DNA of 33,378 nt from the sequence record PQ657771.1; one strand, 5' to 3'. The translations under genes and the position numbers were made by a program. Under the pieces are notes generated by a model, which was not told where the DNA came from, searched no databases, and saw nothing but the letters and a program-made list of their open reading frames with translations. Below are positions 7,933-16,240 of this stretch, one piece after another (position 1 is the first letter of the stretch; each line of letters opens with the position of its first letter). The stretch is from Escherichia phage EC.P3.

Positions 7933-8277
7933 ATGTCAGATTTGGCTATGAAGGTTTTGAAATGGCAATCAACTGGCGATGTCGGCATCAGTAGCGCAAC
8001 TCTTGCCTCAATCGCGTGTGGACTGAAAAAGAATATCTATGGTCATCACTTCGGCGCTCCACATGACGCAGCCGATTTCCGGCGATGCGTTGCACTTGTT
8101 GAGCAGATTCCAGAAATCAGAGATTCATTCGACAAGGTTGCAAAGCGCGTTCCGGCATTCAAAGGAATCCTCAACGAATGGGATTCACTCGTTGCTCTGT
8201 TGAAGTCTGAAATGAAGACGTACGGGAACAAAGCACCAGAGACTTACAGAAGAATCAGCGAGCTACGCAAGGACTAA
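7933..8277 (+). CDS. hypothetical protein
   Basis: 114-aa ORF, last gene of the plus-strand early operon; followed by hairpins. Confidence 0.5.
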   Translation: MSDLAMKVLKWQSTGDVGISSATLASIACGLKKNIYGHHFGAPHDAADFRRCVALVEQIPEIRDSFDKVAKRVPAFKGILNEWDSLVALLKSEMKTYGNKAPETYRRISELRKD

Positions 8278-8280
8278 CCC

Positions 8281-8341
8281 GCCTCACACTCGATGAGGCC
8301 TGTTCATATCTGATAGAGCCGCTGTATGGCGGTTTATTTTT
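8281..8341 (+). terminator. tandem hairpins ending the early operon
   Basis: GCCTCA-CACTCGA-TGAGGC (8281..8299), then AGCCGC-TGTATG-GCGGTT followed by TATTTTTG. Confidence 0.55.
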
Positions 8342-8356
8342 GCCTGGAGAATTAAG

Positions 8357-8548
8357 ATGACCGATACCAGCCTGATTCCTGAGAAAGAAGTGATGAACAA
8401 GCTCGGTGTTTCATCACGTCAGACAATCTGGAACTATACCAAACGGCACGGATTTCCGAAGCCAGTCAGAACCCACCCCAAATCATACCTTCGTGAAGCT
8501 GTTGAAGGGTGGATTCTTAACGGTGGCGTTAATCAGAAATGCTCCTGA
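8357..8548 (+). CDS. AlpA-family DNA-binding protein (excisionase/regulator candidate)
   Basis: GGAG RBS; EKEVMNKLGVSSRQTIWNYTKRHGFPKPV fits the AlpA/Xis HTH pattern; 3' end overlaps the convergent integrase by about 20 nt. Confidence 0.6.
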   Translation: MTDTSLIPEKEVMNKLGVSSRQTIWNYTKRHGFPKPVRTHPKSYLREAVEGWILNGGVNQKCS

Positions 8549-9707
8549 TGTGCCAGAACAATTTATCAGCGTGAAGCTCATACGCTTTGCGCTGAGCCTC
8601 TATCCAGTCGTGTTTATTGTACACGGACATTATCCCGCCAAGTTCATGACCGAGCATTCGCTCAGTAACATGAGGCTCGACATTCATCTCGGACAGACGT
8701 GTAACAAGCGTTCTTCTGAAATCATGTGTTCGCCAGTAACCCAGATCCATCCCTCCCCTTATTCTATTTACGAATCGGTTGGCTGCAGCGATGCTGATCG
8801 GTTTGTTTATGTCTTCTCCAGGGAAAAGAACATCATTGTACGTTGTCATGGCCTTTTCGAGAAAAGGCTTAATTTGTTCGAAGATTGGACGGCGGATAAC
8901 ATTACCCATCTTGCTATGCTCTTTCGGTACGGTCCATACGTTGTCCAGCAGGTCAAATTCTGTCTTTGTTGCCAGCCTAAGCTCTGAGAGCCTCGCCCCC
9001 CACAGCATAAGCATCTGATGAAGGAGCTTATTTGACGTAGACGCACGGCTTCTTTCAATAGCAAGCCAAATCTTAGCCAGTTCGTGATACGACAGTACCC
9101 GATCCCCTACCTCAGCGCGGGAGCCGAAGTCCCTTGGTTGGATGCTCATAATTGCGCAACTATCTATCAACTGACGCCGCATGCACCAACTTATTGCTGA
9201 TCTTAGTTGACTTAGCACCTGCCTTGCTCGGCGTGGATTATCTCTTTCTTCTTCGGTAAGCAGGTCAACCCATTGCTTAACCGTGATAGAAGATGCCGGA
9301 CGATTAGGAAAGGCGTCATGCATGCGCTTCATAACCGTTGATCGGTAAAGTGCCTGGGTCTTTTCTCTGAGAGTTGTAGAGACGTAGTTGTCGAACCAGT
9401 AGTCGAGACACTGAGCGACCGTCATGGAGTTCTCCACCTTCTCTTCAAAATAGGTGCGTGGATCCGTTCCTGAGAAATAGAGCTTTCGCAAGTCAGCAGT
9501 GATCTGTCTGGCATCCTTCAAAGACAGGGATGGGTATCGACCAAGCCCAAGTCGATTAGGCTTGCCATGCCAGCGATAGCGGTACTGGAACTGGATGACA
9601 CCCTTCGGTGAAATTCGTACGCTGAGGCCATCGGCATCAGCCACTTCTTGTGGGCCCGAATATGGTTTACCATAAATAGTACGCAGTTTTGTGTCGCTTA
9701 TAGCCAT
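8529..9707 (-). CDS. int: tyrosine integrase, P4-type with N-terminal arm-binding domain
   Basis: 392 aa; N-terminal DGLSVRISPKGVIQFQYRYRWHGKPNRLGLGRYPSLSLKDAR typical of P4-like integrases; C-terminal HDFRRT and HELGG..SVY consistent with the catalytic region. Confidence 0.9.
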   Translation of the reverse strand: MAISDTKLRTIYGKPYSGPQEVADADGLSVRISPKGVIQFQYRYRWHGKPNRLGLGRYPSLSLKDARQITADLRKLYFSGTDPRTYFEEKVENSMTVAQCLDYWFDNYVSTTLREKTQALYRSTVMKRMHDAFPNRPASSITVKQWVDLLTEEERDNPRRARQVLSQLRSAISWCMRRQLIDSCAIMSIQPRDFGSRAEVGDRVLSYHELAKIWLAIERSRASTSNKLLHQMLMLWGARLSELRLATKTEFDLLDNVWTVPKEHSKMGNVIRRPIFEQIKPFLEKAMTTYNDVLFPGEDINKPISIAAANRFVNRIRGGMDLGYWRTHDFRRTLVTRLSEMNVEPHVTERMLGHELGGIMSVYNKHDWIEAQRKAYELHADKLFWHIRSISD

Positions 9708-9715
9708 AAATAATA

Positions 9716-10010
9716 TTTGGTACGCTCAGAAATAATAGTTTGGTACACATCTGGTACACAATATCACATGGACAACAGCGCACAGTAAACAACTATATTT
9801 GACGTTCGTAGACATACTCAGGTGAAAAAATGGTTGTTTTTCGAGTTATAACAGACAGTTAATTAACTACAGTGGACAATGCTAGACAATGACAGACACA
9901 GATAAACAACCTACCTTCCTCTTTCACGATTACGCGAAACGCCCCTGAGAACCGCCATGAACAAGGGTTTCATGATTTGTGATTTTAGTTTGGTACGCAA
10001 TTTGGTACAC
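9716..10010 (+). repeat. five direct copies of (T)TTGGTACRC, candidate integrase arm-type sites
   Basis: Copies at 9716..9725, 9739..9748, 9751..9759, 9989..9998, 10001..10010, same orientation; ATATCACAT at 9761..9769 and 10089..10097. Confidence 0.55.
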
Positions 10011-10521
10011 AACACAATTTTCACTTCAGCGGGTAGTCATCAAACTCACCATAACGAGCATCGTTAATGATGTATGTGATCACCACAAATATCACATCTG
10101 GACTAGTTCCGTCTTCATGCGCAGGTATCTGTTCACGCCTCCCTTTCTGCAAATCCTAAAGATGAGATTTTGGGGTTTTGGGATATCTTTTTATCCTCAG
10201 TTCTCTATCCATTCTACAAAGCAGTAATGAACCATCACCGTGTGATAGTGAGGCATCCGCTACGTTAAGCGCAGAGAAATGATGCAGTGATGGTCGGACT
10301 GGATTGATGAAAAGGTGGAGTGATCCACCTTAAACACTATCGAAGAGCACAAAACCTAGTAATCCAGTGCAAAGCTTTGTGTGTCTAAGTTTTGTCTCAT
10401 CAACCATAGCAAGTATCGATCGATTGAGACTTGGATGATAGACTTCATGCCTTTGATTATTAGCTGATAGAAGAAATGTTAAAGCTATTTGCAAAGCACA
10501 CCTCGATTGGTGTGCTGAAAA

Positions 10522-10545
10522 TAAAAAAGCTCAGTAATGGGCTTT
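10522..10545 (-). terminator. terminator after tailspike
   Basis: Minus-strand hairpin AGCCCA-TTAC-TGAGCT (one mismatch) then TTTTTT, just past the stop; second inverted repeat GCACAC/GTGTGC at 10495..10514. Confidence 0.5.
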
Positions 10546-10549
10546 TAGA

Positions 10550-12355
10550 TTATTTGAATAAATATGGAATTACAATTGCCACAGAAAATGTTACAGGGTT
10601 ACTGTGACCATTTGTTATGTGTACGCGAATTTTATTTGAAGATAACACCTGCAATTGAGTTGTGGCAATAGCAGAAGCTGCACTTCTTGATGTTATCTTA
10701 ACACTTGCATTTACCATGTCTAACTTTTCTGTTGTTGTTATATCTTGATATACATTGACACCTGCTGGAACATCTTGGAATGTTATAGTCTGATTGTAGA
10801 AACCATTAAACAATACTGTTTTCCCATGGGATACACCAACGCCTGATCTTATTGTTGGTAACAGTGTAGAGTTATCAGATGATATAAATGGAAACCCTAA
10901 GTCACCATCTGGTGAGGTGTTATTATTAAAAACATCGACATGGTCAAGATAGGTTGCCCTAACCATGCTTAATGGCCTCTGGTTACTATTCCATGAGTCT
11001 GCTGGAGTAACAATTTTAGGCTTGAACACAAGATCTCGTATACCCCAAGAATCAATTGCTATACATCCGTTTTCAAGCCCTTTAGCATATACAGTGTTAG
11101 TTTCGTCCATGCTGAAAGACGTTGGCGTACCGACCAGTATGCGGGCATAAGCATACTTTTTATAAAATGCATCACCTGGAGTTGCAGCACCGCCCCGCCC
11201 AGTAAGACCGTTATAAATAGATTGGTCATCCATATTTTCAAAGTAACAAAATTTAAACGCTATATTTTGCGGTCGAATAAGTGCAGCAGAATCAGTACCA
11301 ACAACGTAATTCGTCCACCGTTCAAACGCCATGGCAATAAAATTAATCGGACCATTACCAGCAGCGCCTGATATTTTGAAAAATGTATCAAAATCAACAG
11401 ATCTTCCGCCTATAAACTTAATGTTATATGCCCGCTGTATATCTGGGCCATTTTTAATTGCAAGCCAATCTGTATCTATAAATGTTACGTAAAAAGAATT
11501 GATACCTTGACATGGAACGTCAAACCCAAGCCAAGAAGTGCGGTTTGTTTTAATATTACCATTTAATGTCGATATTCCTTTATTCGTACCGATAGTACCG
11601 TTTCCATACTGTGGAATTCCCTTTACAATGACATCAGATAAAAAAACATCCGAATTTTCGCATTGAATAGCATAGTCCCCAGGAACGTCACAATATAATT
11701 GACTTGACTCCGCTCCTATAACCTTATTAGTCATATCGCCAGAATATCCACGAATCTCAAAGCGCCTACCTCCATATACGAGCTTTCGTTTAATTGTAAG
11801 CACTGAACCAGGTGGGATTGTAATAATCAAATGATTTGGATAGGCTGCCATCATTTCTTCAACAGCATCTGAGTCATCAGCCACACCATCGCATGTTGCG
11901 CCATAAGCCTGAGGTGTTACTGCGAACACAGCATTCTGAATTGTTCCTCCTTGTGTTAGGGGTATCATGTCAGCCCCCTTTCCATCTCCAGTCGATGTTA
12001 TTTCCTGGCGAAGCTGATCAGGATCATACTTCAGCACATTGGGAAAATTGAACTGCTGCGAACCATGCGCATCATAAACAGCCATAGAATGGCCTTGCAC
12101 GGTAACGAATTTGGCAATCTGTCCGTTATATACCGGATATCCGGCAGCGTTAATGATTATTGGTTGCGAAACAGGAATGTGAGAACCGTCTTCGTTCTCT
12201 ACATAAACCTGAATCTGGTTTTCAGGATTTACCGGGTCAGTGTCAATTTTACCGATATAAATTTTGCCATTAGCTACGGCTTTAAAAGAACGCGCCATAG
12301 TGAAGAGTTGCGAAGGCATACTCACTACAACATTGGCATTTATTGAATCTGTCAT
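10550..12355 (-). CDS. tailspike protein: P22-type head-binding domain, divergent receptor-binding domain
   Basis: Start moved to ATG 12355 (GGAG 8 nt upstream); [59 protein letters not shown] closely matches the P22 gp9 N-terminus as recalled; remainder diverges. Confidence 0.85.
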   Translation of the reverse strand: MTDSINANVVVSMPSQLFTMARSFKAVANGKIYIGKIDTDPVNPENQIQVYVENEDGSHIPVSQPIIINAAGYPVYNGQIAKFVTVQGHSMAVYDAHGSQQFNFPNVLKYDPDQLRQEITSTGDGKGADMIPLTQGGTIQNAVFAVTPQAYGATCDGVADDSDAVEEMMAAYPNHLIITIPPGSVLTIKRKLVYGGRRFEIRGYSGDMTNKVIGAESSQLYCDVPGDYAIQCENSDVFLSDVIVKGIPQYGNGTIGTNKGISTLNGNIKTNRTSWLGFDVPCQGINSFYVTFIDTDWLAIKNGPDIQRAYNIKFIGGRSVDFDTFFKISGAAGNGPINFIAMAFERWTNYVVGTDSAALIRPQNIAFKFCYFENMDDQSIYNGLTGRGGAATPGDAFYKKYAYARILVGTPTSFSMDETNTVYAKGLENGCIAIDSWGIRDLVFKPKIVTPADSWNSNQRPLSMVRATYLDHVDVFNNNTSPDGDLGFPFISSDNSTLLPTIRSGVGVSHGKTVLFNGFYNQTITFQDVPAGVNVYQDITTTEKLDMVNASVKITSRSAASAIATTQLQVLSSNKIRVHITNGHSNPVTFSVAIVIPYLFK

Positions 12356-12413
12356 TTGATTTGCTCCAGATACAAGGAATGGCCGCAGCATGGCTACGGT
12401 GAATTTTGGGCAT

Positions 12414-12436
12414 AAAAAAACCCAGCCGAAGCTGGG
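12414..12436 (-). terminator. rho-independent terminator between ant and tailspike
   Basis: Minus-strand CCCAGC-TTCG-GCTGGG then TTTTTTT. Confidence 0.7.
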
Positions 12437-12455
12437 TCGTTGCGTTGGTTATCTG

Positions 12456-13334
12456 TCAGTAGTTATGTACTGAAGGAGGTAATTCTTTATTCTTAAGTCT
12501 CATCCATGCGGAAAGATTCGTTGGTCCGTCTGGCTCATTGATATCAACATCTCGTGTGTGATTGATTAAAACGTCTCTCGCCATATCGATAATACGGGAG
12601 AACTCATAACCGCAGTCATGACATCTGCCGGAATAGTTCGATTGAATTTGTTTTAGCGCCGGATACAGTTCGCGGAATAATGCCTGTGAGCGGTTGGCAT
12701 AATCCCATAACCATACAAGGCTGTTTGCTTCTTTTGCAGAAAGCTCGTTGGTTTTCTTCTCTTGTTTGCCGATGAATTCACCTTCAAGCACTACCCTGTG
12801 GATGTACTCTACGGCTTGCGGGATTTGTTCAATTGAAAGTTCATCAATGCTGTCAATACCAAAACGCTGATGAACCATATTGTATGCATCGTCATAGCGA
12901 AGTCCTTTCTTTCCTACCAGCATGTTTACTGCATCGCGTAGCGGTGTTCTTTCCTCAACAGTGGTTTTCTTTCCTTTTACATACTCGCCATGTTTGCGAA
13001 TTGAAGGCAGAACTTCTGCTGTTACCCACTTGCGGAATTTGTGCGGGACTGAACCTTTATTGACTGCATCGCGGCAGCGCAGAACCAATGTATACATACC
13101 TGATTCGCTCACAATGCTTAGATTCTGCTCACCACCAAGGGTGTAACTTAAAGTTACTCCCTTTTCATCGTCATCAAGTGCAGTAAGCGCCTTGCGTGAG
13201 TTAGTCAGGGTTAAAGCATCACAAACATCTTTTGCTACAAACCACGGCTCACCGCACTTGTTGATGACGCGGATTTCACTGTCGCCGAATTTGAAGATGG
13301 TGAAATCGTTTTGTGCCTTTGCTATACTTTTCAT
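12456..13334 (-). CDS. ant: antirepressor (BRO-N domain)
   Basis: [33 protein letters not shown] is a BRO-N signature; downstream of arc as in P22 immI; start set to ATG 13334 (AGGAAAT upstream), alternative TTG at 13400. Confidence 0.7.
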   Translation of the reverse strand: MKSIAKAQNDFTIFKFGDSEIRVINKCGEPWFVAKDVCDALTLTNSRKALTALDDDEKGVTLSYTLGGEQNLSIVSESGMYTLVLRCRDAVNKGSVPHKFRKWVTAEVLPSIRKHGEYVKGKKTTVEERTPLRDAVNMLVGKKGLRYDDAYNMVHQRFGIDSIDELSIEQIPQAVEYIHRVVLEGEFIGKQEKKTNELSAKEANSLVWLWDYANRSQALFRELYPALKQIQSNYSGRCHDCGYEFSRIIDMARDVLINHTRDVDINEPDGPTNLSAWMRLKNKELPPSVHNY

Positions 13335-13396
13335 GTCAATATTTCCTAATCCGATTTGTTGATGCCGAAGCCCTGACTGTTCCCGCAGTTGGGGCT

Positions 13397-13666
13397 TCAA
13401 CGTTTTTCCACTTCATTTTGAATTTGCTTAAGTAGCATATTTGTCTCGTCAAGCCTCTTGTTAATACGGTCAAGGCTTTCTACTAAATCGTTATGTGCAT
13501 GTGATACTTCGTAATTTGAGACTGATTTCTTTTCCTCTATCGTCTTTGTCAATCGTTCCCCTGATTGATACATATTGATTAACGATGTAAAAATCACGAG
13601 CAAGCAAACTACAATGATTGCGCCAGACAAAAATTGTAAAGAACGATCAAGCAATGACACCTTCAT
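13397..13666 (-). CDS. small membrane-anchored coiled-coil protein
   Basis: One N-terminal hydrophobic helix ([19 protein letters not shown]) then heptad-like charged segment; coupled to the arc stop; lies between arc and ant. Confidence 0.5.
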   Translation of the reverse strand: MKVSLLDRSLQFLSGAIIVVCLLVIFTSLINMYQSGERLTKTIEEKKSVSNYEVSHAHNDLVESLDRINKRLDETNMLLKQIQNEVEKR

Positions 13667-13815
13667 ACCGCCACCCCCTCTCTCTTCAGGCTGTCTATCA
13701 GGCGCTTGATAACCTCTGAGTTAAACGACCTGCACTCTTCCTTTGCCTTGCTACCGATAGCATCCTTTAACGACTGCGGCATCCTTACCAAAATCTTACT
13801 TATTTCTTTCTCCAT
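13663..13815 (-). CDS. arc: Arc-like ribbon-helix-helix repressor
   Basis: Start at ATG 13815 with GGAGGG 5 nt upstream; MEKEISKILVRMPQSLKDAIGSKAKEECRSFNSEVIKRLIDSLKREG matches the Arc fold and RS.NSE motif. Confidence 0.75.
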   Translation of the reverse strand: MEKEISKILVRMPQSLKDAIGSKAKEECRSFNSEVIKRLIDSLKREGVAV

Positions 13816-13929
13816 GTTACCCTCCACACAAACAACTCTTTTCGAATACAAAAGATAGCAAAGTGAGTATATCTAGTCAAAATTTTTTTGCATACACTTT
13901 GATATCAAATTGAATACCAAAGGTGTGAT
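13816..13929. promoter_or_regulatory. divergent Pant/Pmnt-like promoter-operator region
   Basis: 114-bp AT-rich spacer between divergent arc-like and mnt-like genes; inverted repeats CAAAGTG (13859..13865) and CACTTTG (13895..13901). Confidence 0.5.
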
Positions 13930-14178
13930 ATGGCAAAGGGTGTGTCAATTTCTCCAACTACGGTAAGAATCCCTGAATCTTTACGCGAGGCTCTTGCTGT
14001 CAGAGCATCAAAAAATGGTCGCTCTGTTAACTCCGAGATCGTCATGATTTTGCAAGCCGCGATTGATGAAGATAGGTCGCCAAAGTCAGTTGAGTCATTT
14101 GCTCAGCAAGAAGCTGACAAATTCAAAGAGGCGCTGCTTGAGACGCTAAAGACCATGTATGGTAAGGATGAAAAATAA
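13930..14178 (+). CDS. mnt: Mnt-like ribbon-helix-helix repressor
   Basis: 82 aa; RIPESLREALAVRASKNGRSVNSEIVMILQAAI and C-terminal KFKEALLETLKTMYGK parallel P22 Mnt, including the tetramerisation tail. Confidence 0.8.
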   Translation: MAKGVSISPTTVRIPESLREALAVRASKNGRSVNSEIVMILQAAIDEDRSPKSVESFAQQEADKFKEALLETLKTMYGKDEK

Positions 14179-14714
14179 TGCTGCACACAATTCATTTCTT
14201 ATGCCCTGTTAACACTGCCACTGTTGGGCAACTTCAGAACCACTGTCTCACCGCATTATCTCAAGGCGCAACTGAATTAAATATCCATATATCAAGTCAG
14301 GGAGGGGAAACTGCTGCTGGCTTTACTGCGTATAACTTTCTTAAGTCACTCCCTGTTACCGTTAGAACTCACAACATAAGCAATGTTGAATCCATAGCTA
14401 ATATCGTTTTCCTGGCTGGCTCAGAACGTTTCGCAAACCCATTATCAAGATTCCTGTTACATCCTCTATTATGGGGCTTTGCCACCCCAGCCGCCGACCA
14501 TGCCAGATTGAGAGAGTACGGGAAATGCCTCGATAACGATCTTGATCGCTTCGTTGAGACGTTCAATATCGACATCGGAACCCATATTAGGTGGGCATCC
14601 CTGATAGCAGACTCGACCATTTTGGATGCTAACAAGGCTCTTGAGCATGGCATAATTAATTCCATAAAAACTGCAAGGCTGGTATCCAATCAGGCAAACT
14701 GGTGGGTTGTTTGA
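14178..14714 (+). CDS. ClpP-like serine peptidase (S14-like fold)
   Basis: Aligns by eye to ClpP: NIHISSQGG vs INSPGG, ESIANIVFLAG vs AASMGAFLLTAG (Ser retained), LLHPLLWG vs MIHQPLGG (His retained), Asp present downstream; start overlaps mnt stop (TAATG). Confidence 0.7.
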   Translation: MLHTIHFLCPVNTATVGQLQNHCLTALSQGATELNIHISSQGGETAAGFTAYNFLKSLPVTVRTHNISNVESIANIVFLAGSERFANPLSRFLLHPLLWGFATPAADHARLREYGKCLDNDLDRFVETFNIDIGTHIRWASLIADSTILDANKALEHGIINSIKTARLVSNQANWWVV

Positions 14715-14740
14715 TGGGTAAATCATGATTACTCCTTATA

Positions 14741-14766
14741 AAAAACCCACCTGACGGTGGGTTTTA
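14741..14766. terminator. bidirectional rho-independent terminator between convergent genes
   Basis: AAAAA-CCCACC-TGAC-GGTGGG-TTTT, exactly between the ClpP-like stop (14714) and the 140-aa gene stop (14767). Confidence 0.7.
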
Positions 14767-15189
14767 TTAGTGCTTGTATAGCTTGAACTCCCTGTCGAGC
14801 CATAAGACATAAAAAGTGGCTCCTATCTTATAACCAACCATAGGTGCCTTAGAGCAAAATCTGAACGCAATGAAATCCACATCTTGAGTAACATGCTTAG
14901 GAATCGGAGCCTTTATCGCGTTTCTGGCAATTTTTTCCGTCCCAAGCCCGTGTTTATCAGATTTTCGTATCTCATCCCATGACATCTGACTTAACCTGAA
15001 CAGCCTATCTGCAAATGCTGCCTTTTCATGCTTTTGGCAGCAATCTAGGCAATACCCCTTTTGTAGGTATCTAAGAGAAAATACAGGCGGACTTTTGTCT
15101 ACATCATGAGATTCGTGATGGATAGAGAGGCCAACAGTAGCAGAGCTCTCTTTATCCCTCTGTTTTATTCTTCCCTTAACTCTAGACAT
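14767..15189 (-). CDS. unrecognised 140-aa protein, candidate toxin/effector partner of the Panacea protein
   Basis: 5 nt downstream of the DUF4065 gene on the same strand; no transmembrane segment; no family recognised. Confidence 0.5.
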   Translation of the reverse strand: MSRVKGRIKQRDKESSATVGLSIHHESHDVDKSPPVFSLRYLQKGYCLDCCQKHEKAAFADRLFRLSQMSWDEIRKSDKHGLGTEKIARNAIKAPIPKHVTQDVDFIAFRFCSKAPMVGYKIGATFYVLWLDREFKLYKH

Positions 15190-15194
15190 ACACG

Positions 15195-15644
15195 TCAGTT
15201 AATTAACGTTTTGAAAAAACCTTTCATAGAATCAAGTGTGATTTCTTGGCTAACCGCACCCTCAATGTAAGCATCTTTCCATGGCTGCTCTTCGTGAGTC
15301 ATATTGCGCAGTTTCCAGGCAGAAAACTGACCATAAACTTTATACACCTCATCCAGCAATTCAATTTCATCTTCACTGAATTTTTTAGCGTCAAAGTTTT
15401 CTGGCGCAGGTAAAGCTCCGTTACCACAGTCCCTATATTTACGATACAATTCAGGAACTACTGGCCCATGCATCCAGGCTTCAATTTTCTCATTAAATAG
15501 CGGTTTACCCAGAAGAACCAGAGAAAACCCTTGGGCATAATACGTCAACTTCTGAATTTTTAGGTTAGAGATAATGTCGCCACTTTCTTCATCGCAATGC
15601 GCCAAGAAGTAGTCGGCGACATCAAAACAAGTGAGCATAAACAT
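15195..15644 (-). CDS. Panacea-domain (DUF4065, GepA/SocA-like) protein, candidate antitoxin
   Basis: CFDVADYFLAHCDEESGDIISNLKIQKLTYYAQGFSLVLLGKPLFNEKIEAWMHGPVVPELY matches the DUF4065 core pattern. Confidence 0.7.
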   Translation of the reverse strand: MFMLTCFDVADYFLAHCDEESGDIISNLKIQKLTYYAQGFSLVLLGKPLFNEKIEAWMHGPVVPELYRKYRDCGNGALPAPENFDAKKFSEDEIELLDEVYKVYGQFSAWKLRNMTHEEQPWKDAYIEGAVSQEITLDSMKGFFKTLIN

Positions 15645-16012
15645 ACCTCCATCTTGATAGCCGCAGCTATGTATACAACTGTGTCAAGTTGCATTTAATA
15701 CCATAACAAAGCTGTCATCAATCCTTCAGAGGCTAACTTACAACCACTTTCTCGACACGTTTAAATCATTACGTTTCACATTTACTGCATTTTCGCCGAA
15801 GTTACCTATAAGGTAATGTCACATTTCCTGCAAGTTTCATGCAATGTTGAAAAGTGAGCTATTCACTTTTCTATGACACTAAACACCAAAAATAGCACTT
15901 TTTGCTAAATCATTCGTCCAAGTTGTGGATGGTTTGTCGTTGACACGTTTTCACACACCACTCCACCAATACAGTATCATCTGGTATCCTGCTCAAAACT
16001 AAGGAGGTTGGT

Positions 16013-16240
16013 GTGAAGCGATGGTTCCTCATAATTACTGTTTTCGCGATCATTTACACTATTTTCCCTGCATTAAAAGCACCAATGCAAATAATTTCGC
16101 TTGCAATAATTGCAATTGGTGCTTTCATTGCAGTAGCCGTACTTGTGTTTAAGGTTTTAAAGTTTTTAGTTTGGCTATCAAAAGATGATGGATGCAAAGT
16201 TCATCAAGAAAAAGAAGGCAAAATAACCAAAGTTGACTAA
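16013..16240 (+). CDS. small two-helix membrane protein
   Basis: GTG start 8 nt after AAGGAGGT; two hydrophobic helices and Lys-rich C-terminus; convergent with gp16. Confidence 0.55.
   Translation: MKRWFLIITVFAIIYTIFPALKAPMQIISLAIIAIGAFIAVAVLVFKVLKFLVWLSKDDGCKVHQEKEGKITKVD

Larger units (their letters stand above)
9708..10549. other. putative attP region
   Basis: 842-bp AT-rich non-coding stretch between int and tailspike with clustered direct repeats. Confidence 0.55.

Noticed and set aside
8406-8987. 193-aa plus-strand ORF
   Set aside because: Antisense to the integrase gene; starts inside the AlpA-like gene in another frame.
9716-10010. Possible CRISPR array or IS element among the short direct repeats
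   Set aside because: Repeats are only 9 to 10 bp, irregularly spaced and next to an integrase; no transposase or terminal inverted repeats. Arm-type integrase sites fit better.
9979-10227. 82-aa plus-strand ORF in the attP region
   Set aside because: Falls in repeat-rich non-coding DNA with no RBS; reading frame probably arises from AT-rich sequence.
13816-13851. Longer N-terminus of the arc-like ORF (MYSKRVVCVEGN...)
   Set aside because: Extends into the divergent promoter region; internal ATG at 13815 has GGAGGG 5 nt upstream and gives an Arc-sized protein.
16013-16240. Canonical holin assignment for the two-helix membrane protein
   Set aside because: No endolysin gene is adjacent or anywhere in the window, and the gene is on the opposite strand within the immI-like accessory region; kept as a membrane protein of unknown role.
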